DNA of 64,000 nucleotides from Epithemia pelagica (lineage: Eukaryota > Protista > Bacillariophyta): the NCBI GenBank assembly GCA_946965045.2, contig OX337238.1, forward strand, positions 1,240,001-1,304,000, read 5' to 3'. The first letter of the stretch is position 1. Each line of letters begins with the position of its first letter. The notes beneath the pieces were generated by a model. That model did not search any database and was not told where the DNA came from. It was given only the letters and a program-made list of their open reading frames with translations. Made by a program: the position numbers and the translations under genes. Shown here piece after piece: positions 20,018-30,627 of the stretch.

Positions 20018-20524
20018 CTAATGCTTTTTCCTTTTCTTCTTCTTGGGTTTGGCGGCAACGCTTTCGGCACCAGTCTCTTCGTTTCCTTCGTCGGCTGCGT
20101 GCCGACCAACTCCCCGCCACGACCGATTGATCTTTTCTTCGTAGTCTTCTAGCGCGGCAAACGTTGGTGGTTCGAATAATTGCTTGGATTTTCTCTTCGA
20201 TTATTGCGCGTCTTCTTTTTCCGGCATGATCTCGTCGTCATCAGAACTGTCTTCCTCGTCATCCTTCATCCAGGCCAAATCATCCTCTTCCAGGAGGGGA
20301 TCAAGTGCATCTCCAGAAAAATCGTCGTCAACAACACTTGCTTCGTCGTCCGAATCATAAGAAAAGGCATCTTCGTCGCTATCGTTAAGCCGTTTCGGCT
20401 GTTTCGGGGACGCCTGCTCCGTCTCTGCATTGTTGTCGCTGCTGTCAAGGTCGTCAGCGTCCTGCAAATAAACGTTCAGCTCATCATCACTTATCGAAGA
20501 GTCTCTGCCTTTTTCGTCATCGTC
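20018..20524 (-). pseudogene. Orphan terminal exon resembling the acidic/basic C-terminus of NOC1/MAK21/CEBPZ, with in-frame TAA at 20201-20203
   Basis: Preceded by a polypyrimidine acceptor (TTTGTACTTTTACAG). After the stop the frame continues SKRKSKQLFEPPTFAALEDYEEKI...KPKKKKRKKH*, like the PTFASxEDY end of NOC1 proteins as I recall them. Confidence 0.5.
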
Positions 20525-20574
20525 CTGTAAAAGTACAAACAACAAAATGCCTCTGGCAACCGTTGTGATTGTTT

Positions 20575-23500
20575 TCAAAGGGTAGATGCTGGTGCATATT
20601 CGTTGGATTCCGTCAAGATCCAAACATCTCCTTCATTCAATTCTTCTTCCTCCTCCTCGTCATCGTCATCCTCCAATTCATCATACACCTCATCCACGAT
20701 CGGCCTCGTAGCACTACTGCCATCGGGGTGCTGGTCGTGAAAATGATTGGTGACATTCAATTCGTCTTGTTCGTACTCGTCGTCATCGTCGTCATCTTCT
20801 TCTTCCAGGAACCGCGATTGCAACACCAAGGATGGTTCCGAGGCATCCAGCAAGAGTTGTGTATCACGCTGGTCCAATTCTTCCCCCAAGTCCCACAATT
20901 GCAACCCCGTCAGACGACCGTTTTCGATTGTAGTATTGGAATGGTACTTCCATGCCGGCGACAAGACGAGTCGAGGAAAGTCAATGGAAAAGTCATGAGG
21001 AGGAATGATCCAATCCGTTTCATCCAGATCCTCGTCGTCGTCGTCCTCCATGTCGTCGTCGTCGTCCTGGTCCCACCGAGCGTCTACAGTGGTTTCGTTT
21101 TCATCGGGTTCCAGTTCTTCGAAAATGGGCTCGGTTTCCAATTGATGGAGCAACAAGTCAAATTCCTCGTCGGTCAAGTCGTATTCGGCACTGGTGGACG
21201 CATCCAACTCTGAATCTAATTCTTCGTCAAAGTTGTCGTCCGGGTCCGTCGTTTCGTCGCTTGTGGTTGTTGTTGTCGTTGCCAAGTTGGCAAAGCGTGC
21301 CAAAATGGGAATGGGACGCAATTGCAAGCGCTTGGCTTGTTGTTGTTGTTGTCGCTCTTCTTCTTCTTGTTGCAGGCGTCGTCGTTTTTGTCGTCGTTCC
21401 CAGTGACGTTGTTGCCTGACTTGTTGTTGTTGACGCAAGTGAAGGAGCAATGCGTGTGCCGCTTCTTGACGATGAGCGTCGGCCATTTCCTCTCGAATGC
21501 GTTCCAGGTAATTGTGTAAGAGTTGGGTATGATGGACCTGATGCAGTTTTGCGGCGTGGTGGGTCATGGCGGAAACCACCGTGTCTTGGACAAAGCAATT
21601 GGTCGACCGGCACTCCACACACGGGCCGTGTGCGGCAAACCAGTCGTCGGGACAGGCAAACCACTCCTCCAACGAAAATACATGGTCCTCGCCTGGTACT
21701 TTGTGCGATTGCGGGTCTTCCATCTCATGCTCGTTGTCGTCGTCGTCCTCCTCCTCGTTTGCGTCGTTGTCGTCTTTTTCCTCCTCGACACTGTCGTTTC
21801 TCTCCCCAGAAAGGATCGGGTGGCGTTCGTCCTCCATATTATTATTAGTGTCCAAGTGCAGGGGCTCCCTTTGTGTTTCGGGTGTGTCTGGTTCCTCCTT
21901 CTCTTCCACCAATCGACAGTCCACCACTGGTTGTTCCTGTTCTTGGCGGGTATCCAAATCCACAATCGTTTCGTGTGGGTGTAATTGTTGCGATTCGTCA
22001 TTTCCCAAACTGCCATGAATTTCATTGTAAATACTGCTCACCAAGGGTGTTTCTTCTTCTTTTGGTTCTTGTTCTTGATTGTGGTGGTGGTCGCTGGTGT
22101 CGTCGTCGTCGTTGGAATGGTCGCCGAGTGGTTGGTGAAATGGTACCAGTGGTTCCGGGTCCTCCGTGGTCATGGGTTCCTCCTCCTCATTGGTGTCGTC
22201 GGTATGGGCATCGGTGGTTTGCGGGTTGGCCTTGGATTCCATGCCGTCGTCGTCTTGGTGGTCGTCGTCGACAAGAACAACGACTGGTGCCAGGGGAAGT
22301 GGGTCGTCCGCCTCCTCGGCACGGGTCGTTGTTGTTGGAGAAAAGGCATCTGGTTCTGGATGTTGTTGTTCCTGATCTTGCTGCAATAGTGGAATCTCTG
22401 TTTCCTCTCGTGTACCGCCTCCACTTTTATTACGCAGCAAACTGTCGTCTTGGGTGGACAATGCATTCCTGGTCTCGAGTGGCGGCGGTGGTGGTGGTGG
22501 CGGAGGTTGCGACGTGACTGGCTCCGAGGGGGCTGGGGAGGACGACGTCCCCAGGGAGGGAGGAGAGGTCACTGCAGTCCCATGGGGAGTGGTTTCCTGG
22601 TGGATGGGCGAATCATCGAGTAATGTGGTTGCTGCTGTTGTGGTTGTTGTTGTTGCTGTTGTTGCTGTGGTTGTGGTGGGTGATGGTGGTACGGGCAATG
22701 CCAATGGTGGTGGTGGTACGACAAGTCGCGTACGAGACGACGACGACGAGGGTCGTCGTTGATATCGTTGGCCCCAATAGGTTCGAAGAGCGGCCCACAA
22801 ATCCATGGAAACGGGTGGATTGGGTGGCCGTCGTACTTGTGCTACTGCTGCGGTGGGACGATCCTGTGTGACTACTGCTGCTGCTGTGGTGGTGGTGTCT
22901 TGGGACTCACCATTATCCGGGGGAACCACCAGAGCACCTTCCGTGGTTGTGGTTGCGGTTGTTGCAGTAGTGGATGGTGGTGGTGGCGGGGGTGGTGGTG
23001 TGTTGTTTCTCAGAGAGGACAATGGTGGTGGTGGTGGCGGTGGAGGAACAGGAGTGTGGCCTTGCGTGGAAGAACGGGGAGATGGTTCCGCGGTGGCCTG
23101 TTCGACAACAACGACACGTGCTTCGTCTGTTGGTTCTTGTTCTGGTTGTGGTTGTTCTTCTTCGTCTAGTAGTGGTTGTGAACCATTCACGGCGGGTTGG
23201 AGCGAGGAATCTGAAACCACACTTGTCTTCGTCGTCGTCGTGTGGTTCCCAGGATTCGAATCTTTTCCCTCTTCCTGTTCCTCTTCTTCTTCCACCCCCG
23301 ATGGATGCGTCATCCACGGTGCCAGCCGTCGTCGACGACGAAACCGACGACGACGACGACTTTGTGGTGATGGTCCTTTTGTGGCCGCGGCTGGAGTACC
23401 AAACGCTCGTGGTTGTTGTCGTCGGGGAGGTCGTCGTCGGGACGAAAAGAAAAAGGGCAAGGCCATGGTCGGGGACAACAGGATTGTGGTTGTCCACCAC

Positions 23501-23694
23501 CAATACAGGAGAGACACCAGTCGTCGTTGTCTTGTCCTGGTGGTGGTGGTGGTTGGAGGGGACCGGCCGGTTGGGGGAACCATGAGTGTCGTCGTTCTCG
23601 TTCTGTCGTTGTTTCGCGAAGACTTGTTGTGGTCGGTCGTCAAGTCGGGTGGATGTTGCGGTTGTTGTTGTGGACGTGGTTGTCGCAGGATCAT
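20575..23694 (-). CDS. Hypothetical low-complexity protein (1039 aa): hydrophobic segment near the N-terminus, Pro/Thr-rich, long acidic tracts, coiled coil; native 3' end possibly lost
   Basis: 3.1 kb open frame. The small ordered core WFACPDDWF..CVECRSTNC is not recognisable. The stop falls within the presumed intron of the adjacent fragment. Confidence 0.7.
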   Translation of the reverse strand: MILRQPRPQQQPQHPPDLTTDHNKSSRNNDRTRTTTLMVPPTGRSPPTTTTTRTRQRRLVSLLYWWWTTTILLSPTMALPFFFSSRRRPPRRQQPRAFGTPAAATKGPSPQSRRRRRFRRRRRLAPWMTHPSGVEEEEEQEEGKDSNPGNHTTTTKTSVVSDSSLQPAVNGSQPLLDEEEQPQPEQEPTDEARVVVVEQATAEPSPRSSTQGHTPVPPPPPPPPLSSLRNNTPPPPPPPPSTTATTATTTTEGALVVPPDNGESQDTTTTAAAVVTQDRPTAAVAQVRRPPNPPVSMDLWAALRTYWGQRYQRRPSSSSSRTRLVVPPPPLALPVPPSPTTTTATTATTTTTTAATTLLDDSPIHQETTPHGTAVTSPPSLGTSSSPAPSEPVTSQPPPPPPPPPLETRNALSTQDDSLLRNKSGGGTREETEIPLLQQDQEQQHPEPDAFSPTTTTRAEEADDPLPLAPVVVLVDDDHQDDDGMESKANPQTTDAHTDDTNEEEEPMTTEDPEPLVPFHQPLGDHSNDDDDTSDHHHNQEQEPKEEETPLVSSIYNEIHGSLGNDESQQLHPHETIVDLDTRQEQEQPVVDCRLVEEKEEPDTPETQREPLHLDTNNNMEDERHPILSGERNDSVEEEKDDNDANEEEDDDDNEHEMEDPQSHKVPGEDHVFSLEEWFACPDDWFAAHGPCVECRSTNCFVQDTVVSAMTHHAAKLHQVHHTQLLHNYLERIREEMADAHRQEAAHALLLHLRQQQQVRQQRHWERRQKRRRLQQEEEERQQQQQAKRLQLRPIPILARFANLATTTTTTSDETTDPDDNFDEELDSELDASTSAEYDLTDEEFDLLLHQLETEPIFEELEPDENETTVDARWDQDDDDDMEDDDDEDLDETDWIIPPHDFSIDFPRLVLSPAWKYHSNTTIENGRLTGLQLWDLGEELDQRDTQLLLDASEPSLVLQSRFLEEEDDDDDDEYEQDELNVTNHFHDQHPDGSSATRPIVDEVYDELEDDDDEEEEEELNEGDVWILTESNEYAPASTL

Positions 23695-24462
23695 GTTCTC
23701 GGTTCCTGGCGTGAGTGTCGGTGGGCGAAGAATGGCGGATGGAGTGTGGAGACACTTCCACTAGGCTGTCGTCGAGGTGCGACAAGAATCCACACCCAAA
23801 AGCAGCCGTTTGGGTTTCTCCGCTTCCTGTGGCGGTGATGGATGGTTGGTGAGACGGCACACACAGAGGAGATAACACCAGCAGCCAATGGATGTATCTA
23901 ATAGATAAGCTTGTTCTCTTCTTTTGTGTCTCTCCGCTGCAATCTGCAATGGGCGGATTGGAGGGATGGATTGGATCTTCAATGGAAGATGATGGGTGGA
24001 GATGGCGCGCGCTTCTCTTTATTTTGGATTTGGGGCAACAAATTTTGGGGTCTACCCCCTTTTATAACCAGGGGTGGATCCTAACGTCGCGTCCCCCGTC
24101 CCAAGCAGAATCTTGAGCTGGTTGGGGGAAAATGTCTCTTTGTTTTCGGTTGCTGTGCCACTTTTTGTCTGCACGGAGAACACATTTGCAGATCGTTTTG
24201 TTGGAGAACGAGGAGGCCTCTCTTTTTCTCTCTCTGTGTTGTTGTGGTCCTCTCTACCTATTCTTAGTAGAGGTTTGTCGTGGAGAAGATCAGTCGTTTC
24301 GTCGATTGCTGTCCTTCAACGACGACCGGAAGAACCTTACGGATTGGACTCAATTTACCTCGAACAACCACAACAGACACGAGAAACACAGCATCCATTT
24401 CAAACATTGCGAGATTGGAGTGAGTGATACTTACCACCACCACAAGCAAATCACACACAATC

Positions 24463-27400
24463 ATGACAACCTTGGCTCCCAGTGCTACTCGAGCAACGAC
24501 CCCCACCAATGAATCCGTCGTCTCCGACGATCCCCACGCCGACTCGAGCCGGATGGTAAAAGAGACTCTGCAAATGACCTCTTCTACCACTACGACAACA
24601 CCATCCTCCTCATTGGTCAAAGACGACGACACTGCCACAAAGGATGGCACCAATAATCACAAGACAGAGAACCAAACCGTCGCGAAGCAACAACAACAAC
24701 CACAACGCTCCTTGGAACCCTCCACCTCGTCTTCGTCCTTGCGATCCATGGCCACGTCTACCGCTTCGTCTCCCCCCATGTCACCCTCGCAACCATCGGC
24801 CAAACCACGACCTGCCTTGGTTCGCAAAGATACCTTTACCCGTCGTGCCTTGTCGGCCACCCATTCCGCTCCTCTGGCCAATTTGACCTCATCCCCCACC
24901 TCGTCCTCGTCCAATGCAAAATCCGCCAACAATAAAACAACACCCAATCATTTGCGAGAAGAATACGATGAGGATGGATGGTACATTTATCGGGGACATG
25001 GTCAAGTCCGCAACAAAAAGGTGACTCGCATCAAGGTGATTTTAAATGCCGGCTTGACACAAATTCCCGACAAGGCCTTTTATGGCTGTGCCGCCTTGAC
25101 CACCGTCTTGATTACCGAACCCGATCCCCTGACTCATCCCATTGCCAGCAGCACGACCAAAAGTACGACGGGTACCGCCACTTCGTCGTCGTCGACTCCG
25201 GCCGCTCTCACGAGTATTGGTCAATTTGCCTTTTACGAATGTACCAAATTGGCCGAATTGCAATTGCCCAATAGCATTACCAATATTGGAGAATATGCCT
25301 TTTCGGGATGTTCCACCTTGACCACCTTGCAATTGCCGCAAGCGTTGCAGAGTATTGACGAGGGAACCTTTTCCGATTGTCCCAGTTTAACCTCGGTCCT
25401 CTTGCCCGATCGACTCACCTCGATTGGCTTGTATGCCTTTTATGGTTGTTTTTCTCTCATCAACATTTTATTGCCCGCCTCGGTCAAGAGTATTGGCGAA
25501 GAAGCCTTTGAAGGATGTCAAGCCTTGGTGGGCTTGTGCGATCCCGGATTGACACTCAAGGAATGGTTGCGGTTGCGGTACTTTAATTTACCCCTCCATC
25601 GCTTGTGTTACTTGCCCGGCATTACCGATTTGGAAGTTTTGGTGTTTAAAAAACAAATTGACATTGTCGATGGGAGTGCCATGAATCCCTTGCACATTTT
25701 GGCCTTGAATCCATCCGCCGCCCTCGATACCACGTGTACCTTGGATATGATTACCTCCATGTTGAGCAATTCCAGTAACAAACAACAATTGGTTTCGGCC
25801 AAGGATCAACAGGGACGAACGCCCGTCCATTATGCCTGTCTCAATCCCTATGTTACCCTGACCATGATTGTGGCCATGGTCGATCGTTCCTTTCGACAAT
25901 GTTTGGCCACACGAGACAAGACACAAAAGTATCCGACCGCCTTGGCTATGGATTTTCATCGACCATTGGAAATTCAACAATGGTTGTACCGGTATCAACC
26001 CGTCCAAGCCAAGGATTTACGATTTCCCAGTGCGGTAGCTGACAAGATGATTCGAGAAATGGCCTCGCAATACTTGACCGACTTGATTGTCAAGAAGGCC
26101 AGTAGTTTGGGCCGATCCGCCTCGGCCTTTCCACCCGAAGAACAACATGGATGGGTCCAATTTGTATCGCAACTCCAAGATGACGATTTGATTCATCGAT
26201 TGGTGGATTTTATTCGCGAGTCGGAACGAAGCACCGCCAAAGCCTTGGCCCATGCCCAAGATTATCATCGACAAGTCGCCTTGCAAGTAGCAGTTCCTGG
26301 CGTCAAGGAAGCCTTACAGGCTGCCTTGTTGTTTTGTGGTCGGTACGATTTGGAAGAAGGTGAACCACGGTATCAAACCACATCGAGTTTGGTTTCGTTT
26401 GGGCGGGACATGAAAGTGGGTGCCCTTGGCGGATCGCCCGTGGCGATTAAATTCTTTCGGAATAAGGATCAATTTGAAACGGAACGCCATGTTCGAATGG
26501 CTGCTCCTCCGCCTCCTTCGTCTTCTTCGTCTCCAGGGGGTGGCAACAGTCCTGTCGATACGTACCACCCCAACGTATTTTCGTCTCCTCAGGCACATCG
26601 GTTTGACAGCGAGTATGTGATTCCCATGGTAGCCAGTTACCATGGAGACCACGATCCAACGGCACATTTGGAAGCAGTCAAGAGTGAGGTGCCTCCTTAT
26701 TTTATTGTTTTGGAACAAGCCGAACGAAACTTGTCGGAAGCCTTGCTGGGAGAAAATTTGACAGCGCGACCCCTCAGTGTCTGTTCCACCCTCTACGAAC
26801 TGGCGCAATGTTTGCATCATGTCCATAGTTGTGGTTATCTTCACGGAGATGTCAAACCCCGAAACATTGTACGACAAAAGATTAGTGAACATGACAAGCG
26901 TTGGAAACTGATTGACTTGGATGGGGCAGTGGAATTGGGCAAGGCCCTGACTGGCAAAGAACGGAGTACAGCCTATATGCCACCCGAATTGGTCAAGGTA
27001 GAAAACAAGGAACCCGTGTGGGTGTCGGGCGCGGTGGCCCATGCCTCGATTGATGTGTGGTCCTTTGGTGTGATTATGTATCAACTCGTGACCGAAAAGG
27101 TTCATTTGTGGGGCGACGGTGGCGTGGATTGGTACGATCAATTGGACAAGGCTGGCTTGAAAAAGTTGGCCAATTGGGACAGTGGAGATGTCAAGGAAAA
27201 ATTGGCACACGTCAATGCGGGTCCCGCACGAGACTTGCTCACCAAACTCTTGAATAAGAAACCAGACAAGCGGCCCAGTATGGACGAGGTATTGGAAGAT
27301 GCCTTTTTTGCACCCATGGCACGATTGTCCCAACTCAAGGCCCTTTTGAAAAAAGCACATGCGGAGGACAATACAAGTTTGGTGACCGAAACCAAGCGGG

Positions 27401-27954
27401 ATATCAAGGACTTGAACCAGCAACTCAAGGAATGGAATGAGGGTCCCTTGGAAAAGAGACCGTACTTTCAAGACTTTTTCTTTCGAGGAGGATGTCCTCC
27501 CGCGAGTCGGACGAGACGGCCCTCCATAGGACCCATGGCTTCGGGAGAGGCCATGGCCACGCCGGGAGAGACCTTGTCGCCCCGGAAACAACGGTCCCCA
27601 CCACCCTCACCCTCCAACAAACGAGGTAAACCTCGAATTTCACGACGTGCTTCGACAGGTGGGCCCAATGCTCCCGTCGATTATTGGCCTGGTGGTAGAC
27701 CCAGTCGATTCCGACGTCCCTCCATTAGTCTCATGGCCTCGTCGTCCAATCACAACAACAACAATAATACTAACACGGACACGACAACGAAAGGGGCGTC
27801 CTCCGCCGATCAGTCCATGACTTCTGGGGGCACTCAGAGCAATGGGAGCAACCATAGCAATACAAACAACAACGAATCCACAACAGTGGATGGAGAAGAA
27901 GAACAAAATTACAAACGACGATTTCTACGTCGTCGAAGAAAAAGCGTCTTTTGA
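24463..27954 (+). CDS. BspA-type LRR (LRR_5) + ankyrin-like + Ser/Thr protein kinase
   Basis: Repeats such as LTSIGQFAFYEC, ITNIGEYAFSGC, VKSIGEEAFEGC. Ankyrin-like MNPLHILALN and GRTPVHYAC. Kinase motifs VAIK, HGDVKPRN, DLD, MPPE, DVWSFG, RPSMDEVL. Confidence 0.9.
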   Translation: MTTLAPSATRATTPTNESVVSDDPHADSSRMVKETLQMTSSTTTTTPSSSLVKDDDTATKDGTNNHKTENQTVAKQQQQPQRSLEPSTSSSSLRSMATSTASSPPMSPSQPSAKPRPALVRKDTFTRRALSATHSAPLANLTSSPTSSSSNAKSANNKTTPNHLREEYDEDGWYIYRGHGQVRNKKVTRIKVILNAGLTQIPDKAFYGCAALTTVLITEPDPLTHPIASSTTKSTTGTATSSSSTPAALTSIGQFAFYECTKLAELQLPNSITNIGEYAFSGCSTLTTLQLPQALQSIDEGTFSDCPSLTSVLLPDRLTSIGLYAFYGCFSLINILLPASVKSIGEEAFEGCQALVGLCDPGLTLKEWLRLRYFNLPLHRLCYLPGITDLEVLVFKKQIDIVDGSAMNPLHILALNPSAALDTTCTLDMITSMLSNSSNKQQLVSAKDQQGRTPVHYACLNPYVTLTMIVAMVDRSFRQCLATRDKTQKYPTALAMDFHRPLEIQQWLYRYQPVQAKDLRFPSAVADKMIREMASQYLTDLIVKKASSLGRSASAFPPEEQHGWVQFVSQLQDDDLIHRLVDFIRESERSTAKALAHAQDYHRQVALQVAVPGVKEALQAALLFCGRYDLEEGEPRYQTTSSLVSFGRDMKVGALGGSPVAIKFFRNKDQFETERHVRMAAPPPPSSSSSPGGGNSPVDTYHPNVFSSPQAHRFDSEYVIPMVASYHGDHDPTAHLEAVKSEVPPYFIVLEQAERNLSEALLGENLTARPLSVCSTLYELAQCLHHVHSCGYLHGDVKPRNIVRQKISEHDKRWKLIDLDGAVELGKALTGKERSTAYMPPELVKVENKEPVWVSGAVAHASIDVWSFGVIMYQLVTEKVHLWGDGGVDWYDQLDKAGLKKLANWDSGDVKEKLAHVNAGPARDLLTKLLNKKPDKRPSMDEVLEDAFFAPMARLSQLKALLKKAHAEDNTSLVTETKRDIKDLNQQLKEWNEGPLEKRPYFQDFFFRGGCPPASRTRRPSIGPMASGEAMATPGETLSPRKQRSPPPSPSNKRGKPRISRRASTGGPNAPVDYWPGGRPSRFRRPSISLMASSSNHNNNNNTNTDTTTKGASSADQSMTSGGTQSNGSNHSNTNNNESTTVDGEEEQNYKRRFLRRRRKSVF

Positions 27955-28878
27955 GAGAGATTTATGCCGATGATACAATAATAGTACAAAAGGATTTGGG
28001 GAGAGACAAGATCCCGAAGACATGTCAAACACGAACGAGGCAAGCTGATCGATAGCCACTATTATTCTGCTTGCTATTTGGAGATTCGTAAATATCTCTC
28101 AGCGTCATCGTCTCTTTCTTTATATTGAGGGGATTCATTGCGTCTAAAGGGACATGAAACACTAAATAGTCGAAAATAGTATATGTGGGTAGTCTCGATT
28201 GCTATGTGGGAGACGAGTTTTGTGTGTGGGGAGTGGGGCTTCTTCACAAAGGCATTTATCCCCTCCTCTATGACCAGAAATAAGCCCATAGGTCTTTTTG
28301 CTTAAGTGTCCAATCACGAATAGGATTATGACGGCTAACGGTTGACGAATTGACCCGTCCTTTTCCTTTTGATGGGACAACTGACCAACTGCGGGGACTG
28401 CGACATGCAATGGCCCCTTTGTCTGTCCGGGAAGAGTCATTTGACAAAGAGCTCTCCCTCTATGTAAAGTAAAACGCCGGCATACCCAGCAGGATGACTT
28501 TACTATTGCCCTGCTAGCGCAGAGCTGCGACTTTTTGCTCTGGGTGCGTGACAGCATCCAAACTCTCAAAAACGTTGTGCCTCGACGATCGACAAGTCAA
28601 ACGAGGAGGAGAGTAAGACGGAGTATAGAGTGTGGTTCCATACGACGAGAGACTCCCTCTTGCTCTTGATTCGTGCTGTCGGTGAGGTTGTCCAGGATCG
28701 AACGGGTCGAGAGGACCGACGACAACATACATAGTTTGTCGTGACCACAGGCTCGTGCACAGGTCGGCCCTGCGGCACGAATTTCTGTGGGTCGGTTCTT
28801 TTGTGTCCGAAAACCATACAAAATACATCATTCGGTTCCGAGACAAGGCAACAACGACGTTGCTGGATAGTTTTCCCC

Positions 28879-29808
28879 ATGAATTCTCCGTCCAGACGAA
28901 GCCATGCTACGGCTGCTGGTCCTCCTCCTCCGTCCACACCGCCACGAACTCCTCCTCGAACCTCCAGTGCATGCCATGTCGTGGAAGGCACGGATGACCC
29001 ACCGACTCTGGTAGTCACCACACCCTCGCGATCCAGCACCACGAATGTGAATGCTGTGCCATCGACACCCCGTGAATGGAATTCGACAGCCCCAGTAAGA
29101 ACCGCCACAACAACAGCAGCAACAACACCATCATCTCGCAGTCATGCTCCTCCACCCGAAACCAGACCTCGACCATTGTCCAACAGGACCAACTCCTTTT
29201 CCGGTCCCGTTACTGCATCGTTTCGTCGTGGTGCTCGTCGCCGTTTGGTGGAAGATCCCATTACCTTTGGGCAGCGCTTGCATTTTGTGGAATTGCCGAC
29301 ATCTGAACCAAGTCGTGACAGTGACAGTTCCACCAATTCAGTGATTCCCTGGCCCTGTTTGGTCTTTGATGATATTCACGAATTGTTGTGCGTATTGCAC
29401 TCTCGAGATTGGTTGGACTGTCCTCGAGTGTTGCATCGCATCAATTTGGAATACTTGAGACATGTCGTTAATCAAGACAACGATCAAGCTCTTTCGTCTC
29501 TTTCCTCACAGTGTCAGTCTCCTGTGGCCTTTTTGTTTGGATCACGCACTCCGGGTGGCAATCGACTTGTTTTCGTGTCCGAAGGATACGGCGTCTTTGA
29601 TTATCGAAACCATATCTCAACCGCTATTGATCAAGTCATGGAATTGAACGATGACGACATTTCAGCAACGTCGTCGCATCATCATCAAGCACCGTTTTGG
29701 GAAGCCTTGCAAGAAACATCGCCCATCTTGGCGGAATTGCTGGCCGAAGAAATGATTTCCGATCCGGATCGATTGCCTGGACCGGGCGAACATGCACCGG
29801 CAGCCTAA
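28879..29808 (+). CDS. Hypothetical protein with Ser/Pro/Thr-rich N-terminus and a PWWP-like (WPCLVF) domain; possibly truncated
   Basis: Open frame with typical local codon usage. The domain call rests only on the WPCLV motif. Confidence 0.55.
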   Translation: MNSPSRRSHATAAGPPPPSTPPRTPPRTSSACHVVEGTDDPPTLVVTTPSRSSTTNVNAVPSTPREWNSTAPVRTATTTAATTPSSRSHAPPPETRPRPLSNRTNSFSGPVTASFRRGARRRLVEDPITFGQRLHFVELPTSEPSRDSDSSTNSVIPWPCLVFDDIHELLCVLHSRDWLDCPRVLHRINLEYLRHVVNQDNDQALSSLSSQCQSPVAFLFGSRTPGGNRLVFVSEGYGVFDYRNHISTAIDQVMELNDDDISATSSHHHQAPFWEALQETSPILAELLAEEMISDPDRLPGPGEHAPAA

Positions 29809-30627
29809 CCAGGGAATTCCATCATTCAATGAGTATACGGCGGGAGATGGTTGTTATATGGAATATCTCCATCGCCCGGTAGAGGTTTCAAGCTCTGCAG
29901 ATCTTTCATTGATTGGTGGGGACACGAAGCGCTCGTTTCGAACGAGTCGTTCATTGGACGTGGTCCCTTGGAGGAATCGCTATCCTACCTAGTAATTGAA
30001 ATACAGGACTTTGGTTTCGTTTCTCAATCTATTGTCACATTCATACGTCCTCTATCTAGGAGTAGAACAAACCAAATGGCTCTGAAGTCTATAACATAGT
30101 CCTAGAGTGTGAGGAGTCTTGTCCTTGGTAGATTTGTCCGTGCTACCGAGAACGAGTCATGATGGTTGCGGACAGTACAAGTCCAATTGTTCAATCCATA
30201 CGAAAGAGGAGACACCCATACATGCTCCAACAAAAAGGAGAGATCATCTCATCATGGAACTCTTTATTATCATGATCACAAATCTTTTCGAGAACGAACA
30301 AGGATGTCATTCAAGTAATTTCACCTCAGCGGTTTACTCCGTAATGGTCTAAAACGAATTAATTATTTTTCATATCAAATACCTCAAACGATAGGCAGTA
30401 GTATCTTTCGTGCATTGTCCAGACGTGGTCATAAGATCCATACAAACCCGCGGACCAAACGACGACGACGACGACAACGACAACAACGAGGATAGTGACA
30501 AGCACAAAGCAGCCACAATAATAATAACAACAACAAGAGCCATATCAACAACACCAACAACCGCAACACCGACGACAGCAAGCAACCAATCTGCAACAAC
30601 TCCCTTCCAAGGCAGAACCATCAAGAG

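Noticed and set aside
20700-23700. Poly-CAA/GAC/ACC tracts as a special repeat system
   Set aside because: They are coding microsatellites (poly-Q/D/T) present in most resident genes of the window.
28070-28570. ORFs 28162-28569 and 28074-28289 as genes
   Set aside because: No recognisable motifs and atypical composition; kept only as a possible relic.
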